Source of the DNA: Blochmannia endosymbiont of Camponotus modoc
Lineage (GTDB): Bacteria; Pseudomonadota; Gammaproteobacteria; Enterobacterales; Enterobacteriaceae
Reading direction: 5' to 3'
Length of the DNA stretch: 32,000 nt
NCBI RefSeq assembly: GCF_023585785.1
Contig: NZ_CP097765.1
Coordinates: 150,001-182,000 of the forward strand
How positions within the stretch are numbered: the stretch's first letter is position 1; every line of letters begins with the position of its first letter. This document shows positions 1-11,151 of the stretch, one piece after another. Under the pieces are notes generated by a model that was given only the letters and a program-made list of their open reading frames with translations, searched no databases and had not been told where the DNA came from. A program made the translations under genes and the position numbers.

Positions 1-2203
1 CGTTAGCAATTTTTTTACATTCAATAATAACAGATTCTGAAGTCACCTTGTTTGGTACTATTATAGAAATATCACGGAAATTTTTAGGAAATTTAGAAAT
101 GGTAGTAATTTTAGATAGTATAAATTGAGAAATCATATTCCACGACAATTCGAAGACTAGTGCCTGTGAACGTAAATTTAATTTCATTTGTATAGTAGGA
201 TGAATCATGCCAATATATCCAATACATATATTTTTCAAATAAATTGCTGCGCTTTGACCGGAATGCAATGCGGGATGTGTATATTTTTTAAATCTAATAC
301 AATGTAGCTTATTAGTTATGTTTAACAAAGCTTCTACATCTCCTTTTATATCGTAAAAATCTACTGGACATACTTTTTTCAGATCCCAGTGTTCATTAAA
401 TCTGAGTCCGGATCGTATACCAGCTATCATCAAATCTTGATTTACTTGATTTTCAGCATTTGTCTGTGGTGTAAAACATATACCGCTTTCAAATAATTTC
501 ATTTGTTTTTGTTGCCTATTTTGATTATATATTACCGTTTTGATTAATCCAGACCATAAAGATAGCCTCATAGTAGACATGTCTAACGTAATTGGATTTT
601 TTAAAATTAATGGAATTTTTTGTGGGTGTAATAATTTTTGAATATCATAACTTACGAAACTATATGTCATGATTTCTTGATAACCACGATCTATTAATAA
701 ATTTTTTATTCTTGATAACGGTATGATTGATGCATGGGACTGATCTGTTATTAAGTTTGTGCAAAGAGAAACACAAGGGATATTGTTATATCCATGAATA
801 CGTGTTATTTCTGCTATTACATTTTCTTCTATAGAGATATCAAAACGCCAAGTTGGTGGAAGTATTTTCCAGGTGTTGTTTGAAAATTCTGTTTGAAAAC
901 CAAGCCGTTTTAAAATATGTGTAATTTCTGAATCTAATATACGAAATCCAATAATTTTGTCTAATTTAGTTCGATTTAATATAATATTGGTAGGTTTTGG
1001 CAACATACTTTTGTTAGTTATGTTTATTATCGGACCAGGATAACCACCGCAGCTTTTCATTAATAATGAGGTGACACGATCTAAAGCTAATTTAGATATA
1101 CTTGGGTCTACTCCTCGTATATAACGAAAGGCATAAAGATCATGCATATGATATAATGTGGATTGACTCGCGATAACAGACGGAGTAAAAAAAGCAGATT
1201 GTAATATTATATGACGAGTTTCAGAACAAATAGAATATTTATTTGGAGTGATTGTTCCAGCAATTGATAATGGTTTTTTATAATCAGAGATGACTATTGT
1301 ATTTGGCAATAGTTTTAAACTATTATTATTAGATAATGTCAGAATTTCTCCGATTTCTGAAAAACGTATACGTATTATGTTGCCGTCAATTTTTTTATAA
1401 TCAAAAACATGAATTGGATGTCCTAGTTCTAGTAATACATAGTTAACAATATCTATAACTATGTTAACTAAACAAATTCCGCAGCGACGTAATTTCTCTG
1501 CTATCCATAAGGGCGTGGGGGAGGTAATATGAATGTTTTTTAAAATTCTTCCAAAGTATTGCGGGCATGCATTCGGAACTTCAACAGAAATAGGGATAGT
1601 ATCATTAATTGTTGGAATAATTGATTCTATTTTTATTTTTTTTAATTTTAAATGATTTATAGCTGCTATTTCTCTAGAAATTCCGATTACACTAAGACAA
1701 TCTCCTCTATTAGGAGTAATGTTGATTTCAATAATATTATCATTAAGACGTAAATAGTTATAAAAGTTCTCTCCAATAGGCGCATTTATAGGTAATTCTA
1801 TTATACCTACTGTGTGACTAATAATTCCTAATGTTGAAAAAGCACATAATATTCCTTCTGATTGTTTACCTCGTATTGTTTTTAGTTTAATTTTACGTCC
1901 ATTTGGTAGCATTGCTCCTACTTTGGCAACAACTACTCGAATATTTTTACGACAATTAGAAGCATCACAAACAATATTTAATAATTTATTATCCCCGTTA
2001 TTAATTTTTGTTATCCACACATTATGTAAATTAGGATGCATTTTGCATTCTACAATTTCACCAATAACTACTCCATAGAAAATATTAGTAACAGGTTTTA
2101 ATTCATTAACTTTAAATCCAGCCATTGTTAATTGATCAGCTAATTCAATGCTACTAATAGGTGGATTTATCCATTCTCGTATCCACATTTCACTAAATTT
2201 CAT
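1..2203 (-). CDS. pheT: Phenylalanyl-tRNA synthetase beta subunit; 3' end runs off the left edge of the window
   Basis: Absent from the ORF track because it is truncated at the window edge. Manual minus-strand reading from ATG at 2203 gives [38 protein letters not shown]...GVVIGEIV...[13 protein letters not shown]...NDNIIEI...; later parts include [21 protein letters not shown] and [14 protein letters not shown]. The frame was checked as open in the parts I read (about 1-540 and 1021-2203). Confidence 0.95.
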   Translation of the reverse strand, partial: MKFSEMWIREWINPPISSIELADQLTMAGFKVNELKPVTNIFYGVVIGEIVECKMHPNLHNVWITKINNGDNKLLNIVCDASNCRKNIRVVVAKVGAMLPNGRKIKLKTIRGKQSEGILCAFSTLGIISHTVGIIELPINAPIGENFYNYLRLNDNIIEINITPNRGDCLSVIGISREIAAINHLKLKKIKIESIIPTINDTIPISVEVPNACPQYFGRILKNIHITSPTPLWIAEKLRRCGICLVNIVIDIVNYVLLELGHPIHVFDYKKIDGNIIRIRFSEIGEILTLSNNNSLKLLPNTIVISDYKKPLSIAGTITPNKYSICSETRHIILQSAFFTPSVIASQSTLYHMHDLYAFRYIRGVDPSISKLALDRVTSLLMKSCGGYPGPIINITNKSMLPKPTNIILNRTKLDKIIGFRILDSEITHILKRLGFQTEFSNNTWKILPPTWRFDISIEENVIAEITRIHGYNNIPCVSLCTNLITDQSHASIIPLSRIKNLLIDRGYQEIMTYSFVSYDIQKLLHPQKIPLILKNPITLDMSTMRLSLWSGLIKTVIYNQNRQQKQMKLFESGICFTPQTNAENQVNQDLMIAGIRSGLRFNEHWDLKKVCPVDFYDIKGDVEALLNITNKLHCIRFKKYTHPALHSGQSAAIYLKNICIGYIGMIHPTIQMKLNLRSQALVFELSWNMISQFILSKITTISKFPKNFRDISIIVPNKVTSESVIIECKKIAN

Positions 2204-2218
2204 TTAAGTATCCTTATA

Positions 2219-3211
2219 TTACTTAAATTGATCAAGAAATTGTAAATCATTTTTGAAAAAAACTCGTATATCGTCAATATTGTACTGTAGCATTGTTAAT
2301 CGTTCTATTCCTATTCCAAAGGCAAATCCTAAAAATTTTTCTGTATCAATATCAACATGGTGTAATATTTTGGGATGTACCATACCGCATCCTAAAAGTT
2401 CTAACCAATTTCCAGTTTCTTGTTTCATTACATCTATTTCCGCCGATGGTTCTGTAAATGGAAAATAAGATGGTCTAAAACGTAAAGTAATATCTTTTTC
2501 AAAAAAATTATATAAAAAATCATACAATATTTTTTTTAGATAACTGAAATTAACATTAGAATCTACTACTAATCCTTCCATTTGATGAAACATAGGTGTA
2601 TGATTTTGATCATAGTCTTTGCGATATACTCGTCCAAAAGAAATGATACGAATTGGGGGAGTTTTATTAGTCATAGCACGTATTTGAACACCGGAAGTGT
2701 GTGTGCGAAGTAAACGTTTTTCGTCAAGCCAAAAGGTGTCATGTTCATCTCGAGAAGGATGATACTTAGAAATATTTAAGGCGTCGAAATTAAAATAATC
2801 ATCTTCAATTTCTGGACCATGTATTATGGAGAAACCTAAAGTGTCAAAAAAAATCTTCATACGTTTTATAGTATTTGTTATTGGATGATGTGTCCCTACA
2901 TCCGATAACCGTCCTGGTAAAGTAACATCTAATGCATCGGTGATTAAGGTATTTTTTATATTTTTTGATTGTAAAATATTTTTTCGTTCAATAAGTAATG
3001 TGTATATGTCTTTTTTAGCTTGATTAATAGCTGCGCCTAATTTAGGTTTAATATCTAATGGAGTATCATTAAGATTTTTAATATATTGGTTTAGGTATCC
3101 TTTTTTACCTAAAAATTTAATACGTATTGCTTCTAATGCATCTATATTATTAGATTGCATTATATTTGATTTTGCTAGTATAACTAATTTTTTTACCAAA
3201 TCTAATGACAT
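2219..3211 (-). CDS. pheS: Phenylalanyl-tRNA synthetase alpha subunit. The track start at 3229 is probably too far upstream; MSLDLVKKL at 3211 is preferred, preceded by GAGGG
   Basis: Translation contains [74 protein letters not shown] and GCGMVHP, all PheS hallmarks. Confidence 0.96.
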   Translation of the reverse strand: MSLDLVKKLVILAKSNIMQSNNIDALEAIRIKFLGKKGYLNQYIKNLNDTPLDIKPKLGAAINQAKKDIYTLLIERKNILQSKNIKNTLITDALDVTLPGRLSDVGTHHPITNTIKRMKIFFDTLGFSIIHGPEIEDDYFNFDALNISKYHPSRDEHDTFWLDEKRLLRTHTSGVQIRAMTNKTPPIRIISFGRVYRKDYDQNHTPMFHQMEGLVVDSNVNFSYLKKILYDFLYNFFEKDITLRFRPSYFPFTEPSAEIDVMKQETGNWLELLGCGMVHPKILHHVDIDTEKFLGFAFGIGIERLTMLQYNIDDIRVFFKNDLQFLDQFK

Positions 3212-3396
3212 AAATACCCTCGTGGTCACTATTTTTACATAGTGCTGTCTTTATTAATCTAATATGTATAATTGATAATTGTGTGATATTTTAATTTGAT
3301 TAACTGTGTTAATCATTAAATCTTATTAATACCATTTTTTTGTATTATCATTATGAATTTAATATTTCATGAACATGTATTTTTTATTGAGTAGAT

Positions 3397-3759
3397 TTAT
3401 GTATGTTCAAAATTAATCTTTGCTTTATCGATTAAAGCAGAGAAAGTCTTTCTATCAAAAATAGCTATATCAGCAAGCATTTTTCTGTTAATACACACAT
3501 CAGATTTTTTTAATCCATTTATTAAGTAATTATAAGACATACCGTATTTACGTGATGCGGCGTTGATGCGGCTAATCCACAATCGACGAAATAAACGTTT
3601 CTTCTGACGACGATCGCGATAAGAATATTGTCCAGATTTTATAACTGATTGATAGGCAACACGATAAGTACGTGATCTTGCTCCATAGTAACCTGCTGCT
3701 TGTTTTAAAATTTTTTTATGGCGAGCACGGGCTACTACACTATTTTTTACGCGTGTCAT
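3397..3759 (-). CDS. rplT: 50S ribosomal protein L20. The track ORF extends 23 aa too far upstream; likely start is [20 protein letters not shown] at 3759
   Basis: [67 protein letters not shown] is L20-like; located beside rpmI and infC. Confidence 0.96.
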   Translation of the reverse strand: MTRVKNSVVARARHKKILKQAAGYYGARSRTYRVAYQSVIKSGQYSYRDRRQKKRLFRRLWISRINAASRKYGMSYNYLINGLKKSDVCINRKMLADIAIFDRKTFSALIDKAKINFEHT

Positions 3760-3832
3760 ATGTACTGCTCTCCTAATAATGTAAGCGATGGCATATATTG
3801 AAATTTGCACTAACCATGAAAACAGCATTAAT

Positions 3833-4030
3833 CTATATATATGGTAAATATTTCATAATTGTAGTTGAATAAATTTTAGGAAGTATATTTTTTTGACGTA
3901 AATGACGTTTATGTTTTGTAGATTTTTTTGTTAAAATATGGCGCATATAAGCATGCTTATGCTTATATTTCCCTAAAGCTGTTATTTTAAATCGTTTGTT
4001 AGCTGCTTGAAGTGTTTTAATTTTAGGCAT
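3833..4030 (-). CDS. rpmI: 50S ribosomal protein L35
   Basis: 65 aa [45 protein letters not shown]..., correct size and operon position. Confidence 0.95.
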   Translation of the reverse strand: MPKIKTLQAANKRFKITALGKYKHKHAYMRHILTKKSTKHKRHLRQKNILPKIYSTTIMKYLPYI

Positions 4031-4096
4031 AAACCAATCCCTATAATTTTTTTCATTATATGCATTAATGCTGATATATAGAAATGTAAATTATTA

Positions 4097-4636
4097 TTAT
4101 TTCTTTTTTGGTGCTAAAATCATAGTCATTTGGCGCCCTTCAATTTTATTAGAAAAAAATTCTACTGTTGTTAACTCATGCAATTCATGACGTATTCGGT
4201 ATAATATTTTTGCTCCAAGGTGGTGGTGCACCAATTCTCCTCCTCTAAAACGTAAGGTGATTTTGACTTTATCTCCTTCATTAAGGAATTTAATTAAATT
4301 ACGCAATTTGACTTGATAGTCTCCTTCATCAGTGCTTGGTCTGAATTTTATTTCTTTGACATGAATCACCTTTTGTTTTTTCTTTTGTTCTTTTGTAGAT
4401 TTATTCTTTTCGTATAGAAATTTACCGTAGTTCATAATTCTACACACAGGTGGATCGGAATTAGGGCTAACTTCAACTAAATCAAGACCGATGTCTTCGG
4501 ATTGCTTCAGCGCTTCATATAAACTAACCACACCAATTTGTTTTCCGTCTACTCCGGTTAGACGGACTTTTTCAGCACTAATTTCTCTGTTAATACGATT
4601 TAATCGTATTGATTGTATTTTTTTTGCGAATTTAAT
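4097..4636 (-). CDS. infC: Translation initiation factor IF-3 with an ATT start codon at 4634-4636; the track ORF starts at an internal GTG at 4531 and omits about 35 N-terminal residues
   Basis: Reading upstream of the track start in the same frame gives (I)[44 protein letters not shown]..., colinear with the E. coli IF-3 N-terminus ([28 protein letters not shown]...). No ATG occurs between this region and the upstream in-frame TAA (thrS stop, 4643-4645). GGAGG lies just upstream. Confidence 0.9.
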   Translation of the reverse strand: MKFAKKIQSIRLNRINREISAEKVRLTGVDGKQIGVVSLYEALKQSEDIGLDLVEVSPNSDPPVCRIMNYGKFLYEKNKSTKEQKKKQKVIHVKEIKFRPSTDEGDYQVKLRNLIKFLNEGDKVKITLRFRGGELVHHHLGAKILYRIRHELHELTTVEFFSNKIEGRQMTMILAPKKK

Positions 4637-4642
4637 AATATG

Positions 4643-5887
4643 TTATTCCTCCATTTGATGAAGACTGTAACTGTTAATTTCACGTAGTAATTTTTTTATA
4701 AATATATCAATATTACAGTTTTTTAATGTTTGACCTCGATATGTACGTATAGCTACTGTATTTTGATTCATTTCTTTATTTCCGCAAATTAACATATAAG
4801 GTATGCGTTGTAAGGTGTAATAACGAATTTTAAATCCTATTTTCTCATTTCTCAAGTCTACTTTTGTTCTTATTTTTTTATTTATTAGCTTTTTTTCTAT
4901 AATAGAAACATATTCAGATTGTTGATCAGTGACATTCATGAGCACAACCTGTGTTGGGGCTAACCACGTTGGGAAAAATCCTGCGTATTCTTCTGTTATT
5001 AAACCAATAAATCGTTCCATGGAACCAAGGATTGCTCTATGAATCATTACGGGGACTACACGATTATTATGATGATCGATATAACGTGCGTTTAATAGAT
5101 TTGGCAAAGAAAAATCTAATTGTATTGTACCACATTGCCAAGTTCTATCTACAGAATCAAGTAAAGCAAATTCTATTTTAGGACCGTAAAATGCACCATC
5201 ATTAGGTTGATATTGAAATGAAATATTATTGTGTTGAAGTACAGTAGATAAATGTTGTTCTGCCGTATCCCATATCGAATCTGTACCAATTCGCTTTGTA
5301 GGACGAGTAGATAATTTTACTAAAATTGTTTTAAAACCGAATGTATTATATATATCGTACATCATTTTAATACAGTGGTTTAATTCGTCGAATATTTGTG
5401 TTTTTGTACAAAAAATATGACCATCATCTTGGGTAAATTCGCGTGTTCTCATGAGTCCATGTAAAGACCCAGATGGTTCGTTTCTATGACAATTTCCAAA
5501 TTCAGCTATACGATAAGGCAAATCTTTATAAGACTTAATACCTTGATTAAAAATTTGAATATGTCCTGGACAATTCATCGGTTTAATACAATATTCATGA
5601 CTTTCTGAAGAAGTAGTAAATATATGCTCATGATAATTATCCCAGTGGCCTGTTTTTTTCCATAATGTATGATTAATCATGGCAGGACTTTTCACTTCTT
5701 GATATTTATATACTTTAAGTTGCGTTCGTATAATTTTTTTTAACTCTTGTAATAAAATCCATCCATTTTGATGCCAAAATACCATACCGGGAGCATCTTT
5801 TTGTGTATGGTATAAGTGTAGTTGTTTCGCAAGGTTGCGATGATCATTTTTTTTAGGTGTTTGTGACATATTTTGTGAGTTATACAT
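4643..5887 (-). CDS. thrS: Threonyl-tRNA synthetase, truncated: catalytic and anticodon-binding domains only (414 aa, versus about 642 aa in E. coli)
   Basis: [29 protein letters not shown]...KTGHWDNY...[19 protein letters not shown]...[27 protein letters not shown]...[13 protein letters not shown]...[10 protein letters not shown]...[11 protein letters not shown]...[34 protein letters not shown]...[20 protein letters not shown]. The zinc-ligand residues of the core (Cys in NCPGH, His in DDGHIF, His in IHRAILGS) are present. No TGS or editing domain lies in the ORF. Confidence 0.93.
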   Translation of the reverse strand: MYNSQNMSQTPKKNDHRNLAKQLHLYHTQKDAPGMVFWHQNGWILLQELKKIIRTQLKVYKYQEVKSPAMINHTLWKKTGHWDNYHEHIFTTSSESHEYCIKPMNCPGHIQIFNQGIKSYKDLPYRIAEFGNCHRNEPSGSLHGLMRTREFTQDDGHIFCTKTQIFDELNHCIKMMYDIYNTFGFKTILVKLSTRPTKRIGTDSIWDTAEQHLSTVLQHNNISFQYQPNDGAFYGPKIEFALLDSVDRTWQCGTIQLDFSLPNLLNARYIDHHNNRVVPVMIHRAILGSMERFIGLITEEYAGFFPTWLAPTQVVLMNVTDQQSEYVSIIEKKLINKKIRTKVDLRNEKIGFKIRYYTLQRIPYMLICGNKEMNQNTVAIRTYRGQTLKNCNIDIFIKKLLREINSYSLHQMEE

Positions 5888-6560
5888 TATTATTTTTTAG
5901 TTCTATAAAGACCACAAATACGTGTAATTTTTAATTTTACTGTTTTCGATCTAATAAAATTCAGAAATTTTAGATAATTTAAAATTCTGATAAAAATTGA
6001 TGTTGAGTATGTAGTCCATGATATATATTTATATATTTTTCATGATAATATAACCTGGCATGTTCAATAGGGTAAATATTTTTTCATTTATAACTGATAT
6101 TTTATATATTTTCAGAAAATGATAGATACAGTTTATTTGGTTTTCTTGCAGATAACGTCGGTTATAATATTTGTATTCTTATTAGCAATCATTAGTCATT
6201 AGCTATGATTCTTGTAATTACTAGGTTACCTTGAGCAAGGTACAAGATCTATATCATAATAAAATCCTATGTTTGTTATTGGACTGAATACTATCTGGTT
6301 GCGTTATTATAATAATAAACTAATTTTTTTTCACTGCGTGTCCCATTAAATATGCGCAAGAAAGTAATCACATGTTATCTTACATCATAGTCTGTATAAT
6401 AAACCCAATGTTTAAATTATGATGTATTAAAGCGACAATATCAATCAGATTAACCATTGTTTGCTTAAATAAATAATTTTTTACTTAAATTTAAATGCGT
6501 ATCCCGATAAACTTATAAAAGAGATACAATATAATTATATTGATTTTTCGTTTCATAAGG
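5888..6560 (-). pseudogene. thrS: Decayed remnant of the thrS 5' part (TGS and editing domains); the outer boundary is approximate
   Basis: Minus-strand fragments, separated by stops and frameshifts, in the order expected for ThrS: SCAYLMGHAVKK (6361-6326; cf. SCAHLLGHAIKQ), VFSPITNIGFYYDIDL (6291-6244; cf. AIGPVIDNGFYYDVDL), ISVINEKIF...NMPGYIIMKNI*IYIMDYILNINFYQNFKLSKIS (6100-5963; cf. VSILDENI...KPGLYFHEEYVDMC...NMRFCHHFKLMKTAG), then a colinear linker into DHRN. Confidence 0.78.
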
Positions 6561-8062
6561 TTACAGCAAGATCATGATTCACTTATACTATAGATATTTC
6601 ATATAGTCATTTGTTATAATAGGATTGAATGTTTTCAACCTATTTTCAATTTTTCATTGGGTTCTATACCCACCCATCATGTAGAATCATTAAATATTAA
6701 ATATATCATTTATATATTTACTTATTATCCCTATGATGTAATTTAAGGATAATAATTTATTTTGAAGAAATAATAGAGTACCTGTAAAGATTTTAATTTA
6801 TTGGATGTTTATAAAATATTTTCCTCACATAGTAACATCTATTTCATTTTATCATAATATTATTGTGTGTGAAGAATATAAAACACTAAAAATTATGTTT
6901 AATTTAACTGATTTTTTTTAAATTATTAATAATAATATTAATTTTTAATTAATACATATATATTTTATAAGGAAGTGTACGAAGGTTCATTTTTAGAAAT
7001 TAATTCTTTTCTATGTTCTACCAAATGCTGGAACTTATGATTAGTAGTTCCTGTCATCTTTGGGTTTAATCAGTCTATTTGTAACAAATTGCTAACTTTT
7101 TCTATCTTGAGTTTATAAAGATTATGATTTTTTAAAATAAATAATAATTTTTTTAATCAATTATTAAATACATTTAATAATTAAAAATCAGGTTAATTTT
7201 GTATTAAAATTTTTTATTAATATGTATTAAAAAATCTAATGAAATATAAGTTAATTTAAGTTTATTTAAAATAAAACACCCCAGAATTCTTTAAAAAAAT
7301 GAATATTTATAGGTCACTATATATATCTATTTTTTGATTTACTATATAAAGACACAAGGCACCATTTTTATAGTATTTTATATACTTTATCGCATTGTAT
7401 TTTTTATTTAAATAATCATATTTTATTATTATAATTTTTGATATATTGCAATGATGTAATTTTATCAATAATATTGATATGGGTTTTTTGTAAAAGTAAA
7501 CATACTAATCATAATAAGTTATAATATACATGATATAGATATAATCTGTCAACAATTGTCATTAATGTAATAATATTGATGAATATTAACAAAAATTCAA
7601 AATCTATATAATAATAACATTTATAAATGATAACAAAATGATAGATATCCAACAAAGTTTAGAAAATCAATAAATATCATTTTTTATGATTTTTGAGTTA
7701 ATGTTATATTGTAAGTCGTTCAGGATCATATTCTCATTTATTATTGATGCTGAGCTCAGTAAAACTTAATTGTTAAAACATTAAATGTTTGATTTATTCA
7801 TACTGAATTTATGATAATTTTTTACTATAATTAATATATATTGTGTTATTGAATTTATATATTTATACTTTGATTAAAAATTTTTTAAACAGATATCATC
7901 ATGATTATAGTAATTTTAAAAAGTTGTAAACATTCCTAATTGCATAACAAATAAAATGAATCAAGATATTTGTATGAAATATAAAAATTTAGGTATTTTT
8001 TTTAAAAAATGATTTTCAATTAGAAAATTTTTATTATTAATTCAAGATTTTAGTGTGGGATT

Positions 8063-8896
8063 TCAAAAAGATTTGACTAGTTCATCAATAGCTTTCATTT
8101 GTGTTAAGAAATTTTCTAATTGATTTAAGGGCAATGCAGAAGATCCATCACATTTAGCACGACGGGGATTGGGGTGTGCCTCAAGAAATAATCCGGCTAT
8201 GCCTACTGCTGTGCTAGCTTTAGCTATATCATAAATTTGTCTGTTTCTTCCTCCAGAAATAGGACTTAATGGATTACGTCTTTGTAAAGCATGCGTAACA
8301 TCTACTATTATCGGGCAGCCTTTGGAAACGTGATTCATTACGTTGAATCCTAGCATATCCACTATCAAGTTATCATAACCAAATAAAGTTCCTCGTTCAC
8401 ATAAAATAATGTTTTTATTGCTAAATGAATGACATTTCTTAACAATATGTACGATTTGTGTAGGACTCATATATTGTGGTTTTTTTATATTAATTGGCAT
8501 ACCAGTCTGTGCAATAGATGCAATTAAATCAGTTTGACGAGCTAAAAACGCAGGAATCTGTAGTACGTCTACTACTTCTGATGCAGTTTTTACTTGATAA
8601 ATTTCATGTACATCAGTCATAAGTTTAACTCCAAATATTTCCTGTAATTCTTGAAATAAGCGCAACCCTTCTTCTAATCCTGGTCCACGATATGAGTCAA
8701 TTGATGAACGATTTGCTTTGTCGAAAGATGCTTTGAATATATGAGGTATATTGAGTTTATGAGTTATGTTCACATAATGCTCGCAAATTTTTATGGTTGT
8801 GTCTCGTGACTCCAAAACATTCATTCCTCCAAATAATACAAACGGTAAATTGTTGGATACTTTTATGTCAGAGATATTGACTATTAATTGTTGCAT
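8063..8896 (-). CDS. kdsA: 3-deoxy-D-manno-octulosonate 8-phosphate synthase
   Basis: [98 protein letters not shown]. Confidence 0.95.
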   Translation of the reverse strand: MQQLIVNISDIKVSNNLPFVLFGGMNVLESRDTTIKICEHYVNITHKLNIPHIFKASFDKANRSSIDSYRGPGLEEGLRLFQELQEIFGVKLMTDVHEIYQVKTASEVVDVLQIPAFLARQTDLIASIAQTGMPINIKKPQYMSPTQIVHIVKKCHSFSNKNIILCERGTLFGYDNLIVDMLGFNVMNHVSKGCPIIVDVTHALQRRNPLSPISGGRNRQIYDIAKASTAVGIAGLFLEAHPNPRRAKCDGSSALPLNQLENFLTQMKAIDELVKSF

Positions 8897-9232
8897 GTAT
8901 GTATTTCCAATATTTTTTTAATTTTAATATTATAAAACTGTAAATTTATTAAGTAATAGCACTAATATTTATTAAAGACAACCACAGTATATCAGCTACA
9001 TAATGATCATTAATGATCTATAATTTATTCAATTAGATCCATTAATATATATAAAATATTAGTTAAATTTAATACTTACACAGCAAAAATATGATTTTTT
9101 TAGATATAAATATCTTGTTTTTACGGTCATTTAAGTTGTGATTTTTTTATTGGTTTTAATGTATTTATTTAACTCGCATTATTCTGTCAATTAAATATTG
9201 TACTATTTATTTGTGTTTATTAATATAGTATT

Positions 9233-10069
9233 TTAATGGGATTTCCATTTTCCGTATGTTACGCGTTCATAATGATGATAATCACGTATTGTATGGATAT
9301 GAGTAAATCCAAATTTAAAAAATAACGCACGCATATAATTTCCTTGATTCCATCCATGTTCCAATACCAGCCATCCATTCTGACGCAAATGTTGAGTGGA
9401 ATATTTGCAAATTACTGTTAAATCTTCTAAACCTTTTTGTTCTGATATTAATGCATTTTTAGGTTCAAAAATCATATCTCTAGATTGTAAACATGAATCA
9501 TTTTTATCGATATATGGTGGATTACTAACAATGAGATTAAATTTTTTCTTCCTTAAATATTTAAACCAATTTCCATATATAAATTTTACATTTTTAAAAT
9601 TAAGTAAAAGCTTATTTTTATGGGCAAGAAATAATGCCTTTTTTTGACAGTCTATTCCTGTAATATTCCAGTTTGGTCGTTCTGATGCGAGAGCTAAAGC
9701 TATTGTACCTACTCCAGTTCCTAAGTCTAAAACATTTAAGTGAGATACCTTTAGTAAATCGAATACATGTTTTACTAAGCATTCAGTATCTGGTCTAGGA
9801 ATGAATGTACCTGGAGAAACTTTAAGTTCTAAGGACCAAAATTCCTTTGAACCAACGAGATAGGCTATAGGTTCTCCTTTTTTTCTTCGATAAATTAAAG
9901 ATTTTAATTGAATAATAGTGTCATATTCTAATAATGATTCTCCAAATGCTAACAATTGAGTACGAGATTTTTTAGTAACTTGGCCTAAAATAATCTCTGC
10001 ATCTCTTTTTGGGCTGATGGATTTTTTTAGTTTTAAATTGGCCCAATGTAACCATTGATCCCATGTCAT
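9233..10069 (-). CDS. prmC: Release-factor glutamine N5-methyltransferase
   Basis: LGTGVGTIALALASERP and the NPPY catalytic motif (LIVSNPPYIDKND), located directly downstream of prfA with a TAATG 1-nt overlap. Confidence 0.94.
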   Translation of the reverse strand: MTWDQWLHWANLKLKKSISPKRDAEIILGQVTKKSRTQLLAFGESLLEYDTIIQLKSLIYRRKKGEPIAYLVGSKEFWSLELKVSPGTFIPRPDTECLVKHVFDLLKVSHLNVLDLGTGVGTIALALASERPNWNITGIDCQKKALFLAHKNKLLLNFKNVKFIYGNWFKYLRKKKFNLIVSNPPYIDKNDSCLQSRDMIFEPKNALISEQKGLEDLTVICKYSTQHLRQNGWLVLEHGWNQGNYMRALFFKFGFTHIHTIRDYHHYERVTYGKWKSH

Positions 10070-11151
10070 TATTCTAACTCTAATAATTTATTAAGTTGAT
10101 CAGATTGATGTTGATTAATGATAGGTTGTATCAAGATATCTAATTCTCCGTTCATTATTTCATTTAATTTATATGATGTAAAAGAAATACGATGATCAGT
10201 AATTCGGCCTTGTTGAAAATTATATGTACGAATTCGATCAGACCGATCTCCAGTACCTAGTAAGTTACGCCGGGTGTAGGATACTTCTTGTTGTCGACGT
10301 TTCGTTTCAATAGCATGCAATCGCGAACCCAGTACTGATAATGCTTTGGCTTTATTTTTATGTTGTGAGCGTTCGTCTTGGCATTCCACAACCAATCCAC
10401 TTGGTACATGGGTAATACGAATTGCTGAATCGGTAGTATTTACATGTTGTCCTCCTGCACCTGATGATCGAAAGGTATCGATTCTTAAATCATGAGGATC
10501 AATACTAGGTAATTCGATATCTGGTATCTCTGGAATTACAGCGATTGTGCAAGTGGAAGTATGAATGCGACCTTGAGATTCAGTATGTGGTATTCTTTGA
10601 ACACGATGTCCTCCAGATTCAAATTTTAAGAGACTATATGCACCTTTATAAGGAATTTTAGTAATAATTTCTTTATAACCACCGCATTCTCCATAAGTAG
10701 CATTGATAATTTCCATTTTCCATCGACGAACCTCTGAATAACGAGCATACATTCGAAATAATTCTCCTGTAAAAATTGCTGCTTCTTTTCCGCCAGTTCC
10801 AGCTCGTAGTTCAATAAAACAACCTAGCTTATCATTGGAATCAGTAGGTAATAGTAGTATTTTTAAGTTCTTTTCAATATCATTCCGATTTAAGTAGAAT
10901 TTTTTTAGCTCATCTTGCGCGATATCATGCATATCTATATCTGTAAGCAATTTTTTTGTATCAATTATTTCTTGTTTTATATCTAACCAACGTTCAAAAC
11001 AAACAACTATTTCAGATAGTCGAGCGTGTTCCTTAGCTAATATACAAAAACGTTTTTTGTCATCAACAGCATTGGGTTTACTGAGTAATTTTTCTAATAC
11101 ATTAAAACGTTCCTGTAAAGCTATTAGTTTATTGACAATGATAGGATTCAT
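10069..11151 (-). CDS. prfA: Peptide chain release factor 1
   Basis: [69 protein letters not shown] (GGQ motif), [28 protein letters not shown]. Confidence 0.97.
   Translation of the reverse strand: MNPIIVNKLIALQERFNVLEKLLSKPNAVDDKKRFCILAKEHARLSEIVVCFERWLDIKQEIIDTKKLLTDIDMHDIAQDELKKFYLNRNDIEKNLKILLLPTDSNDKLGCFIELRAGTGGKEAAIFTGELFRMYARYSEVRRWKMEIINATYGECGGYKEIITKIPYKGAYSLLKFESGGHRVQRIPHTESQGRIHTSTCTIAVIPEIPDIELPSIDPHDLRIDTFRSSGAGGQHVNTTDSAIRITHVPSGLVVECQDERSQHKNKAKALSVLGSRLHAIETKRRQQEVSYTRRNLLGTGDRSDRIRTYNFQQGRITDHRISFTSYKLNEIMNGELDILIQPIINQHQSDQLNKLLELE

Noticed and set aside
2253-2468. 71-aa ORF antisense to pheS
   Set aside because: It lies wholly inside confidently assigned pheS on the opposite strand, has no recognisable family and is a typical shadow ORF.
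9396-9647. 83-aa ORF antisense to prmC
   Set aside because: Fully inside prmC and explained as a mirror frame of a conserved coding sequence.
10626-10814. 62-aa ORF within prfA
   Set aside because: Same strand but different frame, fully inside the conserved prfA coding sequence; no independent support.
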